From sequence record MT446392.1: a stretch of 64,000 nt of DNA; one strand, given 5' to 3'. The notes under the pieces are model-generated. The model saw only the letters and a list, made by a program, of their open reading frames with translations. It was not told where the DNA came from and did not search any database. This DNA comes from Escherichia virus TH15. A program made the translations under genes and the position numbers. This document shows, one piece after another, positions 18,457-27,793 of this stretch. The first letter of the stretch is position 1. Every line of letters starts with the position of its first letter.

Positions 18457-18486
18457 GTATACAAGTCTAAAGAAACATAGTATCAT
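18457..18486 (+). promoter_or_regulatory. early promoter-like element: -35 GTATAC, -10 TATCAT
   Basis: 18-nt spacer; leader CTCGTCAACTAATGAGGAAA precedes the ATG at 18515. Confidence 0.4.
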
Positions 18487-18514
18487 TATCTCGTCAACTA
18501 ATGAGGAAATCAAT

Positions 18515-18745
18515 ATGTGGTATTACGCCCCAATGGCTGATGAGCCTGTGAAAATTAGTCGCGCTAAGTTTACAAAGATTTACGGCCTCGTTTATAAGAA
18601 GTCTGATTACGGTGTTCGTTTTGAAGATGCACACTGTATCAACGACCCTTATAATGAAGACCTCTATGGCAAATTGGTTCCTATCGTTAAGGGGTCCGCC
18701 TCTGAGATGATAGATGAATCTAATATCTCTGCTGCTGAAATTTAA
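18515..18745 (+). CDS. hypothetical protein
   Basis: 76-aa ORF with SD. Confidence 0.45.
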   Translation: MWYYAPMADEPVKISRAKFTKIYGLVYKKSDYGVRFEDAHCINDPYNEDLYGKLVPIVKGSASEMIDESNISAAEI

Positions 18746-18763
18746 GTTACTGAGGAAAATATT

Positions 18764-19723
18764 ATGATGTTAGTTATTGGCTCTCGCGCATTACATAACG
18801 CCGGTCTGATTGAAAGTAAGAAAATTGAAAACTCTGATTGGGATTTTATCGCTGACCAGGGTTCCTGGAACAGCTTTAAAACCCAGATGATGGGGCAGCA
18901 TGTTCATGTGGATAACCCAGATGTGCAAGCTTTTAAATGTATGCACAATGGTAAAGAAACTTATTTTGAAGCGTACATCGTCCGCGCACTGACAAGTGTT
19001 CGTGAGTTGACTGATGAGTTGCAAGAGGAAGATTTTACTTCCAGTTATCGTCTGCTCAAATATGCAAAGGCAAATATTCAGAAAGACCGTCTATCTGGTT
19101 TTTACTGGGCGACCCCTGATATTTGTCTGGCAATTAAATTGTCTCATCGTTACCTGAAGAACAATCCATTCTTCCTGAAGACAATGAGCCATATTAATTA
19201 CCTTCGTAATAAGGGTGTTGTTCTTAATGATGAACTACAAAAAATCATGCAACAACGACAGGCAGAAACACTGTCATATAGTCACCCTAAACTAGACGTG
19301 GGCAAGAAAACTTTCTTTAATGATACAATCTATACCCTTGACCATGACTCCATCCACGAGGCCGTGGCGCTTGCTGATAAGCCTGCATATAAGTTCTATA
19401 TGAAGGATGATTCAGAAGTCATGACCTCACGTGAAAAATTTGAAGCACTCCCTGATGTTATTAAACTGGCAGGGGTTTATGAAGAAGCATGTGTGCTCGC
19501 TCTGGAGCGTTCGCAGGTTCCTAACGAGTTTAGTATCCCGGCCAGTCATAGCTTCCATATGGCTCTGGAAAAAGTCTGCACCTCCATTACTTCTGGATGG
19601 TTTCGTGAGTATGCCTGGGAACATTACCAGGATGTGGTTAATATGTACAACACCCTGGGTCGCGAAGACTATGTTAAACGTTTCAAGGCTAACCAGCATT
19701 TAATTCGTCCTTTTTCAAAATAA
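18764..19723 (+). CDS. Pol-beta-superfamily nucleotidyltransferase-like protein (function unknown)
   Basis: 319 aa; N-terminal VIGSRA ... SDWDF ... ETYFEAYIV arrangement fits the hG[GS]-x(9-13)-D-x-[DE] minimal NTase signature. Confidence 0.4.
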   Translation: MMLVIGSRALHNAGLIESKKIENSDWDFIADQGSWNSFKTQMMGQHVHVDNPDVQAFKCMHNGKETYFEAYIVRALTSVRELTDELQEEDFTSSYRLLKYAKANIQKDRLSGFYWATPDICLAIKLSHRYLKNNPFFLKTMSHINYLRNKGVVLNDELQKIMQQRQAETLSYSHPKLDVGKKTFFNDTIYTLDHDSIHEAVALADKPAYKFYMKDDSEVMTSREKFEALPDVIKLAGVYEEACVLALERSQVPNEFSIPASHSFHMALEKVCTSITSGWFREYAWEHYQDVVNMYNTLGREDYVKRFKANQHLIRPFSK

Positions 19724-19725
19724 GT

Positions 19726-19755
19726 GTGTACAACCAAATGGGGCTATGACATAAT
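19726..19755 (+). promoter_or_regulatory. early promoter cassette: -35 GTGTAC, -10 CATAAT
   Basis: 18-nt spacer. Confidence 0.5.
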
Positions 19756-19782
19756 GGTCCCACAATCAATGAGGAAAATATT

Positions 19783-20469
19783 ATGAACGGTCCTAAAACT
19801 TTTAATAGTCAAGCTCGTGCAGTTGGTGGTTTTGCACATAACGTACAAAATGACCAAATCAAAAATGAACCAATGTTCTTTAACTGTGATTTGAGTTTTG
19901 CTTGGGATAATGGTGGTCCAATCACTCGTAGCTTTATTGCCAATCTCCCAATTGATTGGACTAATCAACATGTTGTGTTTGATTCACGTGCGCATATGTT
20001 AATGCCAGGTTGGTATCCAGCTATCCCTGGCTATCATCATGATGATGTTCCTCGTCCACCCATTCCAACAGGACAACATTTTATTACTGCAGGACAACCT
20101 GATTATGACAATCCTCGCTATTTGTCTGAACACATTCTTGGTCTTGTTAACGCTGATGTGTGCCCTACCCATTTTGCTACAGGCGAAGCCACCTTTAGTG
20201 AAATCCCAGAAGGTGAACTGATTTATCGCCAATGGCATAAAGAAGTTCTGGCTAAAATTGAATCAGGTGAATTAGAGCAATGGGAAGCTCCTGACCGCAC
20301 ACTCCTGCAGTTTAATTGTCATACCTGGCATACTGGTTCCCAGACAGTGCGCAATGGCTGGCGTTGGTTTGGTCGTGTATCTCGTAACACTGACCGTGTT
20401 AAAAATATTACCAATGAAATCCGCGTTAATGCCCAAGTATATCTGGAATTCCCTATGGAGGGATGGTAA
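19783..20469 (+). CDS. hypothetical protein
   Basis: 228-aa ORF with SD gaggaaaa. Confidence 0.5.
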   Translation: MNGPKTFNSQARAVGGFAHNVQNDQIKNEPMFFNCDLSFAWDNGGPITRSFIANLPIDWTNQHVVFDSRAHMLMPGWYPAIPGYHHDDVPRPPIPTGQHFITAGQPDYDNPRYLSEHILGLVNADVCPTHFATGEATFSEIPEGELIYRQWHKEVLAKIESGELEQWEAPDRTLLQFNCHTWHTGSQTVRNGWRWFGRVSRNTDRVKNITNEIRVNAQVYLEFPMEGW

Positions 20470-21044
20470 TGATGTATGAACCCGGTTGCATGGGTGATAT
20501 GAAAGGTCCACAAGGATGTGCAGGTATTCCAGTTCCAAGAGATGAATTTATGATTACCAAAAGATATTGGGCAAACCTTGATGATGGTGATGAAGGAATC
20601 AAGGTGGAAAACGTTGATTGGTCGCACTGTAACCGTCATATGAAAGAGCTTTTGATTGAGGAATATAAAATGAAGCACATCGTTAAAGGTTGGCAACCAG
20701 AACCACATAAAGAACAAACACCTGACCCATTGATTTGTTATAGTGAAAAATATGGTTTTCGTACATGGAGCGATGAATATGACAAGTTGGTGTGCTCCAG
20801 GTTCTATGTTTGGATGGGAATACTATTTTTTCCAATCCTGTGGTTTTTCCTGACAACGAAAAATGACTTGCCAATTTGCGTATTCGGGGCAGCAGTATCT
20901 GCGGCCATTGCAGGTATTATCGCATCATTTTTGTGGACCTCTGTTATTGAAGTACCTTTTCGTATTTCTAAAGTTAAAAAGGTATATGACAATATCACAA
21001 AGAAAAATACATTAAACTCTTTTATTGAGGAATGTCGTAAATGA
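20463..21044 (+). CDS. membrane protein, C-terminal FIEECRK motif
   Basis: 193 aa; two C-terminal hydrophobic segments; tail matches the FIxEC family at 15930-17158; stop overlaps next ATG. Confidence 0.5.
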   Translation: MVMMYEPGCMGDMKGPQGCAGIPVPRDEFMITKRYWANLDDGDEGIKVENVDWSHCNRHMKELLIEEYKMKHIVKGWQPEPHKEQTPDPLICYSEKYGFRTWSDEYDKLVCSRFYVWMGILFFPILWFFLTTKNDLPICVFGAAVSAAIAGIIASFLWTSVIEVPFRISKVKKVYDNITKKNTLNSFIEECRK

Positions 21045-21277
21045 GTATTGCAATTTATATTAAATCAGAGTCATGTGATTCTTACCTGTATTCCTATGAT
21101 AAAGGTACGCCCGAAGTTGAAATCAAAGATGATTTAGAAATTGACCTGGACTTGTTCCGCCCGATTTCTGAATACAGAGTTCAAACTTCTAGTAGTGAAT
21201 CGCCATCAACAGAAACACGTATTGAAATTATTATGGCCGAAATCTTTAAAAAATCTTGGGAACGTGATGATGAGTAA
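21041..21277 (+). CDS. hypothetical acidic small protein
   Basis: 78-aa ORF translationally coupled on both sides. Confidence 0.45.
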   Translation: MSIAIYIKSESCDSYLYSYDKGTPEVEIKDDLEIDLDLFRPISEYRVQTSSSESPSTETRIEIIMAEIFKKSWERDDE

Positions 21278-21728
21278 GAAAAACGTGGTGAAAGAATTAT
21301 CTGCTGGCATTATTTTCATGACTGAAGATAAAGAGTTATTCATGGGTCGTGTGACTGGTTCTCGCAAACCGGGTATGCCTGCACATAAATGGGATATCCC
21401 TAAGGGTCATGTTGAAGCCGGCGAATCCCCGATTGAAGCGGCTATGCGTGAATGTGAAGAAGAAACAGGCTTTACCCAGTATGACCCGGCATTCTTAAAA
21501 GACCTAGGCGAGTTCCGTTATTCAGATAACAAAAACCTTCACCTGTTTTTGTACACGGTCCCGGTCGAGCATGAGCAATTCAGACATAGTAAATGCTCCG
21601 CATATCATACATTCCCGGATGGTAGTTCGGTCCCAGAGTTTGATGCATTTGCTCTGATTAAACCGAGTCAATGGCAATACGTAATGGGTAAATCGATGTA
21701 TAAGGTTTTGACTCAAATTTTCGGATAA
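21267..21728 (+). CDS. nudE: Nudix hydrolase NudE
   Basis: Start at Met 43 of ORF 21141..21728; Nudix box GHVEAGESPIEAAMRECEEETGF; lies immediately upstream of e as T4 nudE (e.1). Confidence 0.75.
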   Translation: MMSKKNVVKELSAGIIFMTEDKELFMGRVTGSRKPGMPAHKWDIPKGHVEAGESPIEAAMRECEEETGFTQYDPAFLKDLGEFRYSDNKNLHLFLYTVPVEHEQFRHSKCSAYHTFPDGSSVPEFDAFALIKPSQWQYVMGKSMYKVLTQIFG

Positions 21729-21739
21729 TAAATACACAT

Positions 21740-22495
21740 ATGAATTATCTAAAAATATATGAATCTTTAATAGTATCTGCTATTAAAAGACCTCTTACAC
21801 AAGGATACACCGAAAAACATCATATTTTACCGAAATCGATGGGTGGTAATGATTCTATTGATAATTTAGTTACCCTTACCGCCCGTGAACATTTTATTGC
21901 ACACTTATTATTGGCAAGAATTTTTAAGAATCGCGAAATGTGGTCCGCTGCATATATGATGGCTTCAACAAGTCTAACTAACTCGGATAGACATAGATGC
22001 TCGTCACATTTATATGAATTATTGCGTAAACAAGCGTCGGTATATAATTCAGGTGAAAATTCTCCAAATTGGGGAATAAAACGTTCTGAAGAAACACGAT
22101 TAAAAATGTCAATTTCAAAAATGGGTATCAGGAATCCAATGTACGGTATTCCACAATGTTTGGAACACTCTCATAAAATTAGCCTTGGTGTTACCGAAGC
22201 TTTTAAAAATCCAGAAATGAAAGAACGCCACCGTCAAAGTGTTTCTGGAGAGAATAATGGGTTTTATGGAAAAAAACATTCCGAAAAAAGTTTGGAAAAA
22301 CAGCGGAATACAAAACGGAAAGGATTTCCTTGGGACAATTATTTGGAATTGTACCCAATTTGGGTTTCATTAAATTGCCCCAAGCATCCAACATTCACAA
22401 ATGAACTTGTTAAATTGGGATACCCCAAAAAGAAGCTTGTTCGAATAGTGGAAGAGTTTAAAAATGAATATATTCGAAATGCTACGCATAGATGA
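21740..22495 (+). CDS. HNH homing endonuclease
   Basis: 251 aa; N-terminal [11 protein letters not shown]...[20 protein letters not shown] is the typical HNH core; NUMOD-like basic repeats at the C-terminus; overlaps start of e by 32 nt. Confidence 0.7.
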   Translation: MNYLKIYESLIVSAIKRPLTQGYTEKHHILPKSMGGNDSIDNLVTLTAREHFIAHLLLARIFKNREMWSAAYMMASTSLTNSDRHRCSSHLYELLRKQASVYNSGENSPNWGIKRSEETRLKMSISKMGIRNPMYGIPQCLEHSHKISLGVTEAFKNPEMKERHRQSVSGENNGFYGKKHSEKSLEKQRNTKRKGFPWDNYLELYPIWVSLNCPKHPTFTNELVKLGYPKKKLVRIVEEFKNEYIRNATHR

Positions 22496-22952
22496 AGGTT
22501 GTAAATTAGATTTGTATAAAGATACCGAGGGGTACTATACCATTGGTATCGGGCAACTGATAACTAAGAACCCATCGAAAGATGTTGCTCGTGCCGAGCT
22601 CGACAAGCTCATGGGTCGCGTCTGTAATGGTCGCATAACCCAGCACGAAGCTGAAACATTGTTTAACCGTTCGGTCGAAAAAGCTAAAGCCGGAATATTG
22701 AGGCATCCTGTCTTAAAACCTGTTTATGATGTACTGGATGAAGTTCGTCGTTGTGCACTCATTAATATGGTATTCCAGATGGGTGTTGCCGGGGTTGCTG
22801 GTTTTCCTAAGGGACTGCGATTGCTCAAGGCCAAATCGTGGGAAGCTGCTGCTAAGGAACTGGCGGACTCAAGATGGTATAAAGTCCAGACTCCAAACCG
22901 GGCCAAACGAGTTATTGAAACTTTCCGTACTGGAACTTTTGACGCTTATTAG
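22464..22952 (+). CDS. e: endolysin (T4 lysozyme homologue, gene e)
   Basis: 162 aa; [12 protein letters not shown]...[11 protein letters not shown]...[13 protein letters not shown]...[13 protein letters not shown] closely parallels T4 lysozyme. Confidence 0.9.
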   Translation: MNIFEMLRIDEGCKLDLYKDTEGYYTIGIGQLITKNPSKDVARAELDKLMGRVCNGRITQHEAETLFNRSVEKAKAGILRHPVLKPVYDVLDEVRRCALINMVFQMGVAGVAGFPKGLRLLKAKSWEAAAKELADSRWYKVQTPNRAKRVIETFRTGTFDAY

Positions 22953-22989
22953 TTTACATCTCCAAACGATAGGGTTATAATGACCCTAT
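22952..22989 (+). promoter_or_regulatory. early promoter cassette: -35 GTTTAC, -10 TATAAT bracketed by inverted repeat ATAGGGT/ACCCTAT
   Basis: 18-nt spacer; 7-bp inverted repeat around the -10; leader ATCAACTACGGAG. Confidence 0.55.
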
Positions 22990-23007
22990 CAACTACGGAG
23001 AACAAAC

Positions 23008-23424
23008 ATGACTCGCATTAATTTAACCCTGGTATCTGAACTTGCTGACCAACACCTTATGGCTGAATACCGCGAGCTTCCTCGCGTGTTTGGTGCTGTT
23101 CGTAAGCATGTGCAAAATGGTAAAAAGGTGTCTGACTTTAAAATCCCATCATCTTTTCTTTTAGGAACTGGTCATGTCACCTTCTTTTATGATAAGCTTT
23201 TGTTCCTTAAAAACCGTCATCAAGAACTTATTGCTGAATGTTTAAAGCGAGGGTTTAATATAAAAGATATTTCTACCCAAGATTTAAATGATATTCCTGA
23301 TGAATGGAAGAATGATTATCAACCATCAATCTGGTCAATTGAAATCAGTCAATCCAGACTGAATGAGAAAATTTCTCAAAAGCCTACCTGGTACAAATAC
23401 TATGGGAAAGCTGTGTACGCTTAA
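23008..23424 (+). CDS. denV: endonuclease V (pyrimidine dimer DNA glycosylase) DenV
   Basis: 138 aa; [34 protein letters not shown]... closely parallels T4 DenV, same length. Confidence 0.9.
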   Translation: MTRINLTLVSELADQHLMAEYRELPRVFGAVRKHVQNGKKVSDFKIPSSFLLGTGHVTFFYDKLLFLKNRHQELIAECLKRGFNIKDISTQDLNDIPDEWKNDYQPSIWSIEISQSRLNEKISQKPTWYKYYGKAVYA

Positions 23425-23442
23425 CTAAAAAGGTTGTATAAT
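23413..23442 (+). promoter_or_regulatory. early promoter cassette inside the 3' end of denV: -35 GTGTAC, -10 TATAAT
   Basis: 18-nt spacer; -10 overlaps the denV stop region; the ATG at 23434 lies inside the element. Confidence 0.45.
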
Positions 23443-23472
23443 GATTTTATCAACCAAACAATGGAATATAAA

Positions 23473-23736
23473 ATGAAAACTTATCAAGAATTTATTACTG
23501 AATCTGCCAAAGCTCCTGCTGGTTCCTTTAAAGTCCGTGCCTTCGCTGGTGATGCTGAAGACTTTGGCTCACTGAAGCGCAACGGTTATTCTTTCTTTGG
23601 TGGTGATGGTAAAGAAATTGTTACCTATGCAAAACGTCGCGAAATCGCATTCGTGGTTGCTGGTAAGAAAGTATCCCCAGAAGATATTGAAGTTGACTTT
23701 GAGACCTTTGGTATTGTTTCTGGCGGTAAAGCTTAA
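23473..23736 (+). CDS. internal-protein-like protein with capsid targeting sequence (MKTYQEFITE)
   Basis: Start at Met 14 of ORF 23434..23736; CTS-type N-terminus; position matches T4 ipII/ipIII near denV. Confidence 0.6.
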   Translation: MKTYQEFITESAKAPAGSFKVRAFAGDAEDFGSLKRNGYSFFGGDGKEIVTYAKRREIAFVVAGKKVSPEDIEVDFETFGIVSGGKA

Positions 23737-23738
23737 CT

Positions 23739-23767
23739 GTTTACTTTATGATGGGATAGTGTATAAT
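23739..23767 (+). promoter_or_regulatory. early promoter cassette whose -10 overlaps the start codon of the next gene
   Basis: -35 GTTTAC, 17-nt spacer, GGGATA, TATAAT; the ATG at 23766 is formed by the last two bases of TATAAT plus G. Confidence 0.5.
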
Positions 23768-24065
23768 GTTAACTTATCAAGAATTTATCACAGAAGCCAA
23801 AGTTCCTAAAGCATTTCAAATTGGGGTTCAAGGCAATTTAGACCAACAATATGTTGATGCTATTGTAGCAAGCCTCGGTAAACAAGGGGTGCAAGTGGAT
23901 TTGGTTGATTTTACCAAAGGCAATACTTTTAATATTGTTACATCTAAAGGTTCTTTAGCTAAAGTTAAAAAGGCCTTTGGCGTAGCACAAGCATACGAAA
24001 TCGACCATTCTGAATTCGAAAATAAAGGTCGCCAGAACACAATTAAAGGCTCTGGTTCTTTTTAA
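23766..24065 (+). CDS. internal-protein-like protein with capsid targeting sequence (MLTYQEFITE); leader deleted
   Basis: 99 aa; CTS N-terminus with K2L change; no SD, ATG inside the upstream -10. Confidence 0.5.
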   Translation: MLTYQEFITEAKVPKAFQIGVQGNLDQQYVDAIVASLGKQGVQVDLVDFTKGNTFNIVTSKGSLAKVKKAFGVAQAYEIDHSEFENKGRQNTIKGSGSF

Positions 24066-24229
24066 TAAAGGCAAACCGACCCTCTCCTCATGAACGTCGT
24101 GTCCTCTGAGTGATGGACCTTTCCCTACCTGTAATAAGGTCGAGCCCGAGTGCGGTAAGGGGTTTACATTCGGATACATGGATGAATTAATGTGCCAAGG
24201 AATGGCCCCAAAACCTTAAGAGAAACAAT

Positions 24230-24775
24230 ATGAGAACTTTTTTAACTGGACCTTATCTATCCCTGATGAATGCTTTTACCCACCATTCTGATGCTCGAAT
24301 AGAAGAACTTTGTAAGACCGATTGTTATATTCCTCCAATGGAAGTCTTGCTCAAAGAATACTGCACACTCCGTATGGATGGCGGGCGACAATCAGGTAAA
24401 TCTACTGCAGTAACTAATTTTGCTGCTAACTGGATTTATGACGGAGGTACAGTAATTGTCCTGTCTAATACCTCGGCTTATGCAAGAATTTCATCCGATT
24501 CTATCAAAAATGATTTTATTCGTTTTAGCGCGGAAGATATTCGTTACCGGCTTTTCCATGATTCATTACGTAGCTTTATCGGTAATAAAGGTTCTAAATT
24601 CCGTGGCCTTGCGCTTTCACGCGTATTGTATATAATTGATGAACCTATTAAAGCTCCTGATATGGACAAGATTTACGATATCCATATGAAAACTGTACAA
24701 CACTGCTGCCATGCTCATTGTTTTAAAACGGGTGAAACAGTTCGTCCTCAATTTTTTGTGATTGGAATGCAATGA
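24230..24775 (+). CDS. P-loop NTPase-like protein
   Basis: 181 aa; Walker A-like GGRQSGKST about residue 50. Confidence 0.45.
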   Translation: MRTFLTGPYLSLMNAFTHHSDARIEELCKTDCYIPPMEVLLKEYCTLRMDGGRQSGKSTAVTNFAANWIYDGGTVIVLSNTSAYARISSDSIKNDFIRFSAEDIRYRLFHDSLRSFIGNKGSKFRGLALSRVLYIIDEPIKAPDMDKIYDIHMKTVQHCCHAHCFKTGETVRPQFFVIGMQ

Positions 24776-25128
24776 TGAATACTATCGAAGTTTTTGAATA
24801 TTGTTATAGCAGCTCCGCTTGTAATAAAAAGGCCCTCGTAGAAAACTATGAGATATTCCATTTTAAACCTAAACGGTATCGTTTGACTAAAGGTCCATTC
24901 AAGGGACAACAGGTTCTCTGTACCGCACCAAATGAACGTCTGATGAATATCATTCCATATTTCAAAATGGAATTCATTGGCAGACGTTATAAAGGGCTAA
25001 TCACTCAAAGCCTGATGGCTTATGGCTCTGATCCGATTTTGATGGAACAAACCGAATTTAAAAAGTTTTATACAGGTTCAGCCGTTTTAGCTGAACCTAA
25101 AGGCTTTACGGTGGCCCATCATGGCTAA
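24772..25128 (+). CDS. hypothetical protein
   Basis: 118-aa ORF, start overlaps upstream stop. Confidence 0.45.
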   Translation: MMNTIEVFEYCYSSSACNKKALVENYEIFHFKPKRYRLTKGPFKGQQVLCTAPNERLMNIIPYFKMEFIGRRYKGLITQSLMAYGSDPILMEQTEFKKFYTGSAVLAEPKGFTVAHHG

Positions 25129-25339
25129 ATTGATTATCGAAGGTTCTGATGAAGCCTTGAAAAGATTCGTTGAATGGTTTAATGGCCCGGGCGAACAAGA
25201 CTTTCTGGAAGTCTGGGACGGTGGTCAATGGAATGGTAAAGAAATGGTTTACCCAACTACCTATATCTCCGTGCAAGGGTGGACTGACAGACTTCGTTTG
25301 GTAGAATATGATATCGCAACTGGCGAGGAAGTGAAATGA
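25121..25339 (+). CDS. hypothetical protein
   Basis: 72-aa ORF, translationally coupled. Confidence 0.45.
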   Translation: MAKLIIEGSDEALKRFVEWFNGPGEQDFLEVWDGGQWNGKEMVYPTTYISVQGWTDRLRLVEYDIATGEEVK

Positions 25340-25599
25340 TTGAAGATATCAAAGGTTACAAGCCACATACCGACGATAAAATCGGTAAAGTGAACGCTAT
25401 TAAAGATGCAGAAGTTCGTCTTGGATTGATGTTTGATGCTCTGATTGAAGAAGCATATATCTTGAAAGAAAATGAAACAGAGCAACAAACCAAAGAAGAT
25501 ATGGATGCAGTGCAGGCTCTTAAGTATGCTAAGCAACATCTAAAAGAAGCCAGCATGTGGGCATGTCGTGCAGTATTTCGACCCGAGGAAAAATACTAA
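25336..25599 (+). CDS. hypothetical protein
   Basis: 87-aa ORF, translationally coupled. Confidence 0.45.
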   Translation: MIEDIKGYKPHTDDKIGKVNAIKDAEVRLGLMFDALIEEAYILKENETEQQTKEDMDAVQALKYAKQHLKEASMWACRAVFRPEEKY

Positions 25600-25904
25600 T
25601 GGCGCAGATTAATTCTGGTTTTGGTTATGAGTTATCAACCGCTTCTCATCGCCGCATAAATGATTCCAATCCGTTTGGATTCACATCGAAACAGCCAAAA
25701 ATTCAAAGTCTAGACGATTTCCAGGAAGTTATTCGTAAGGCCTTTCAGGACTACGGGAACTATCTTAAAGAAGATTCAAACGACTGTCTTGAAGAAGATG
25801 AAATTGCTTACTACGAGCAACGCCTTGAACAGCTTAAGAATTTGCACGCTGTTCGTGCCGAAGTCTCACAATCATTAAATAAGCTAATTCGTTTTAAAGA
25901 ATAG
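25599..25904 (+). CDS. hypothetical protein
   Basis: Start at Met 15 of ORF 25557..25904 (TAATG overlap with upstream stop). Confidence 0.4.
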   Translation: MAQINSGFGYELSTASHRRINDSNPFGFTSKQPKIQSLDDFQEVIRKAFQDYGNYLKEDSNDCLEEDEIAYYEQRLEQLKNLHAVRAEVSQSLNKLIRFKE

Positions 25905-25939
25905 TGTACAAGCAGGTTGAAATGAGTTATGATTATCCC
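25904..25939 (+). promoter_or_regulatory. early promoter cassette: -35 GTGTAC, -10 TATGAT, half palindrome TATCCC
   Basis: 18-nt spacer; leader ATCAAACAAAAGGAG precedes regB. Confidence 0.45.
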
Positions 25940-25960
25940 ATCAAACAAAAGGAGATAATC

Positions 25961-26419
25961 ATGACTACTATCGATTCAAGTGTTTACATTCGCCGCAATA
26001 AACTTCGTCGTATTTTTGAAACGGAGTTCCTCAAAATTAATAATGCTATCAACAAGGCTTGTAAAGAAGCAGGCCTTGAAGCATTCTTCATTAAGTACAG
26101 TCCACACCTGTTGGACCGTGCAATCCAACGTGAAATTGACGAACAATATGTTTTTGACTTGTTTGGAAAAATCACACCACATGTAAAAGAAATTGTTGAA
26201 TTCCTGGAGATGAAACCACTCCCGGAAGTTGAAGCACAAATTGACCCGAATGTGAACTACCGTCCACTTCGTCTGGAAATCACAGACAAGAACCTATGGT
26301 TAGGAATGACAGTTAACCCAGCTCTTCCTGGGAAGTCTCCAACCATGTGTTGTCGTATGGCGTTTGTTAACTCTAATCGTCTGGAAGGAAAAATTAGCAC
26401 AAAAGTGATTTATATCTAA
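25961..26419 (+). CDS. regB: endoribonuclease RegB
   Basis: Start at Met 20 of ORF 25904..26419; ...YIRRNKLRR...HLLDRAIQREIDE...RPLRLEITDKNLWLG... parallels T4 RegB. Confidence 0.85.
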   Translation: MTTIDSSVYIRRNKLRRIFETEFLKINNAINKACKEAGLEAFFIKYSPHLLDRAIQREIDEQYVFDLFGKITPHVKEIVEFLEMKPLPEVEAQIDPNVNYRPLRLEITDKNLWLGMTVNPALPGKSPTMCCRMAFVNSNRLEGKISTKVIYI

Positions 26420-26429
26420 TGGGGAATTC

Positions 26430-26972
26430 ATGAAAAAAGTAATAGCCACTTTACTATTGACAGTTAGTATGTCTGCCCATAGCGTAGAGCCTACTTTCAG
26501 TAATGAACAGATGGAAAATCTTCAATATGCGTATGCATTTGGAGAACAGTTCCAGAAAAATGGTAAGTACAAAGAAAATCCGCACCAACATAATGGTTTG
26601 GGATATATCATGGCTGGATTAACCTGGCAGGAAAGTTCTGCCGGGGTTAATACAGGATTAAATAAAGATAAGCATCATGCATATGGTATATTCCAAAATT
26701 ATCTTCCAACCGTGCGCGAGCGCGTAAAACAGGTTGGGTGGACAATGACAGATAAAGAAATAATCAAGATGATAAGCAAGAGAGAGAACAGTGCACGCTG
26801 GGCTTATATTGAGCTTTCATACTGGTTGAACATTCACAAGGGGGACATAAGAAAAACACTATCATCATATAACGCAGGGTGGAATGTGAAAGCTGGAAAT
26901 ACGTATGCTTCACAGGTCCTAGAAAAAGCTAACTACTTAAAATCACGAGGCCTATTAAAAACGGTGGATTAA
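26430..26972 (+). CDS. secreted protein, possible lytic transglycosylase (SLT-like)
   Basis: 180 aa; N-terminal signal peptide; QESSAG ... AYGIFQ resembles the SLT catalytic ES ... G-h-M-Q pattern. Confidence 0.4.
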   Translation: MKKVIATLLLTVSMSAHSVEPTFSNEQMENLQYAYAFGEQFQKNGKYKENPHQHNGLGYIMAGLTWQESSAGVNTGLNKDKHHAYGIFQNYLPTVRERVKQVGWTMTDKEIIKMISKRENSARWAYIELSYWLNIHKGDIRKTLSSYNAGWNVKAGNTYASQVLEKANYLKSRGLLKTVD

Positions 26973-27332
26973 ATGGTAAGAGTCATAACTTTAGCCATAG
27001 GGTTAGTATTCAGCACGGGAGGAATAGCTTCAGTACAGAGCGATGATAATAATAGCATCATAGAATATGCAACGAGGACGGCCAAAGATTATTGTGCATC
27101 AAGCAATGTGGATTGTGTAATCCAGTTTAGTGCCAAACTCACTGCTGCATATAAAGACGGTCAAAATGATGTTGAACACACTCTTATGAAAAAGAGTATT
27201 TTATCCAACAAATATGAAAAGAAACTATTTGAAATGGATTGTATTCTGTCGAGTGCCAAATATAAAGCGGCCTGCACCAGTATGGTTGACAGGTTAGTCG
27301 ATTCCTATAACAGAGGATTGAACTCTAAATGA
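26973..27332 (+). CDS. secreted Cys-containing protein
   Basis: 119 aa; N-terminal signal-like hydrophobic segment. Confidence 0.45.
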   Translation: MVRVITLAIGLVFSTGGIASVQSDDNNSIIEYATRTAKDYCASSNVDCVIQFSAKLTAAYKDGQNDVEHTLMKKSILSNKYEKKLFEMDCILSSAKYKAACTSMVDRLVDSYNRGLNSK

Positions 27333-27793
27333 TTGTTAACTATATTAAGGGCGATATTGTCGCCCTTTTTCTCGAAGGAAACATCATAGCTCATGGCTGT
27401 AATTGTTTCCATACAATGGGTTCAGGCGTTGCTGGCCAACTGGCAAAGGCTTACCCAAAAATTTTAGAAATGGATAAGACATCAACTGAATACGGTTCCC
27501 GAGAAAAACTCGGTGATATGTCTATCGTTTTTAAACATAAACCAACTGGATTTGGTATGTGCTATAACCTTTATACCCAGTATGAACCGGGTCCAAATCT
27601 GGATTATGGTGCTTTAGTAAATTGCATGATAGAATTAAATCGACAAGCAGAATCCCTTTTGTTCAAGCCTGTGATTTATATTCCCAGGATTGGATGTGGT
27701 ATTGCAGGTGGTGATTGGGATAAGGTTTCCCGGTTAATTGATATGTTTACTCCTGACATTGATTTGATAGTGGTGGATTATGAGTCAAACTAG
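27329..27793 (+). CDS. macrodomain protein (ADP-ribose binding/processing fold)
   Basis: 154 aa; GDIV...NIIAHGCNC...GSGVAGQLA... and C-terminal IPRIGCGIAGGDW match the conserved macrodomain motif layout. Confidence 0.5.
   Translation: MIVNYIKGDIVALFLEGNIIAHGCNCFHTMGSGVAGQLAKAYPKILEMDKTSTEYGSREKLGDMSIVFKHKPTGFGMCYNLYTQYEPGPNLDYGALVNCMIELNRQAESLLFKPVIYIPRIGCGIAGGDWDKVSRLIDMFTPDIDLIVVDYESN

Noticed and set aside
24066-24229. 165-bp non-coding gap after the last internal-protein gene as a small-RNA gene
   Set aside because: No convincing hairpin-terminator or promoter pair was found by eye; probably just a 5' leader containing a weak GTTTAC promoter for the gene at 24230.
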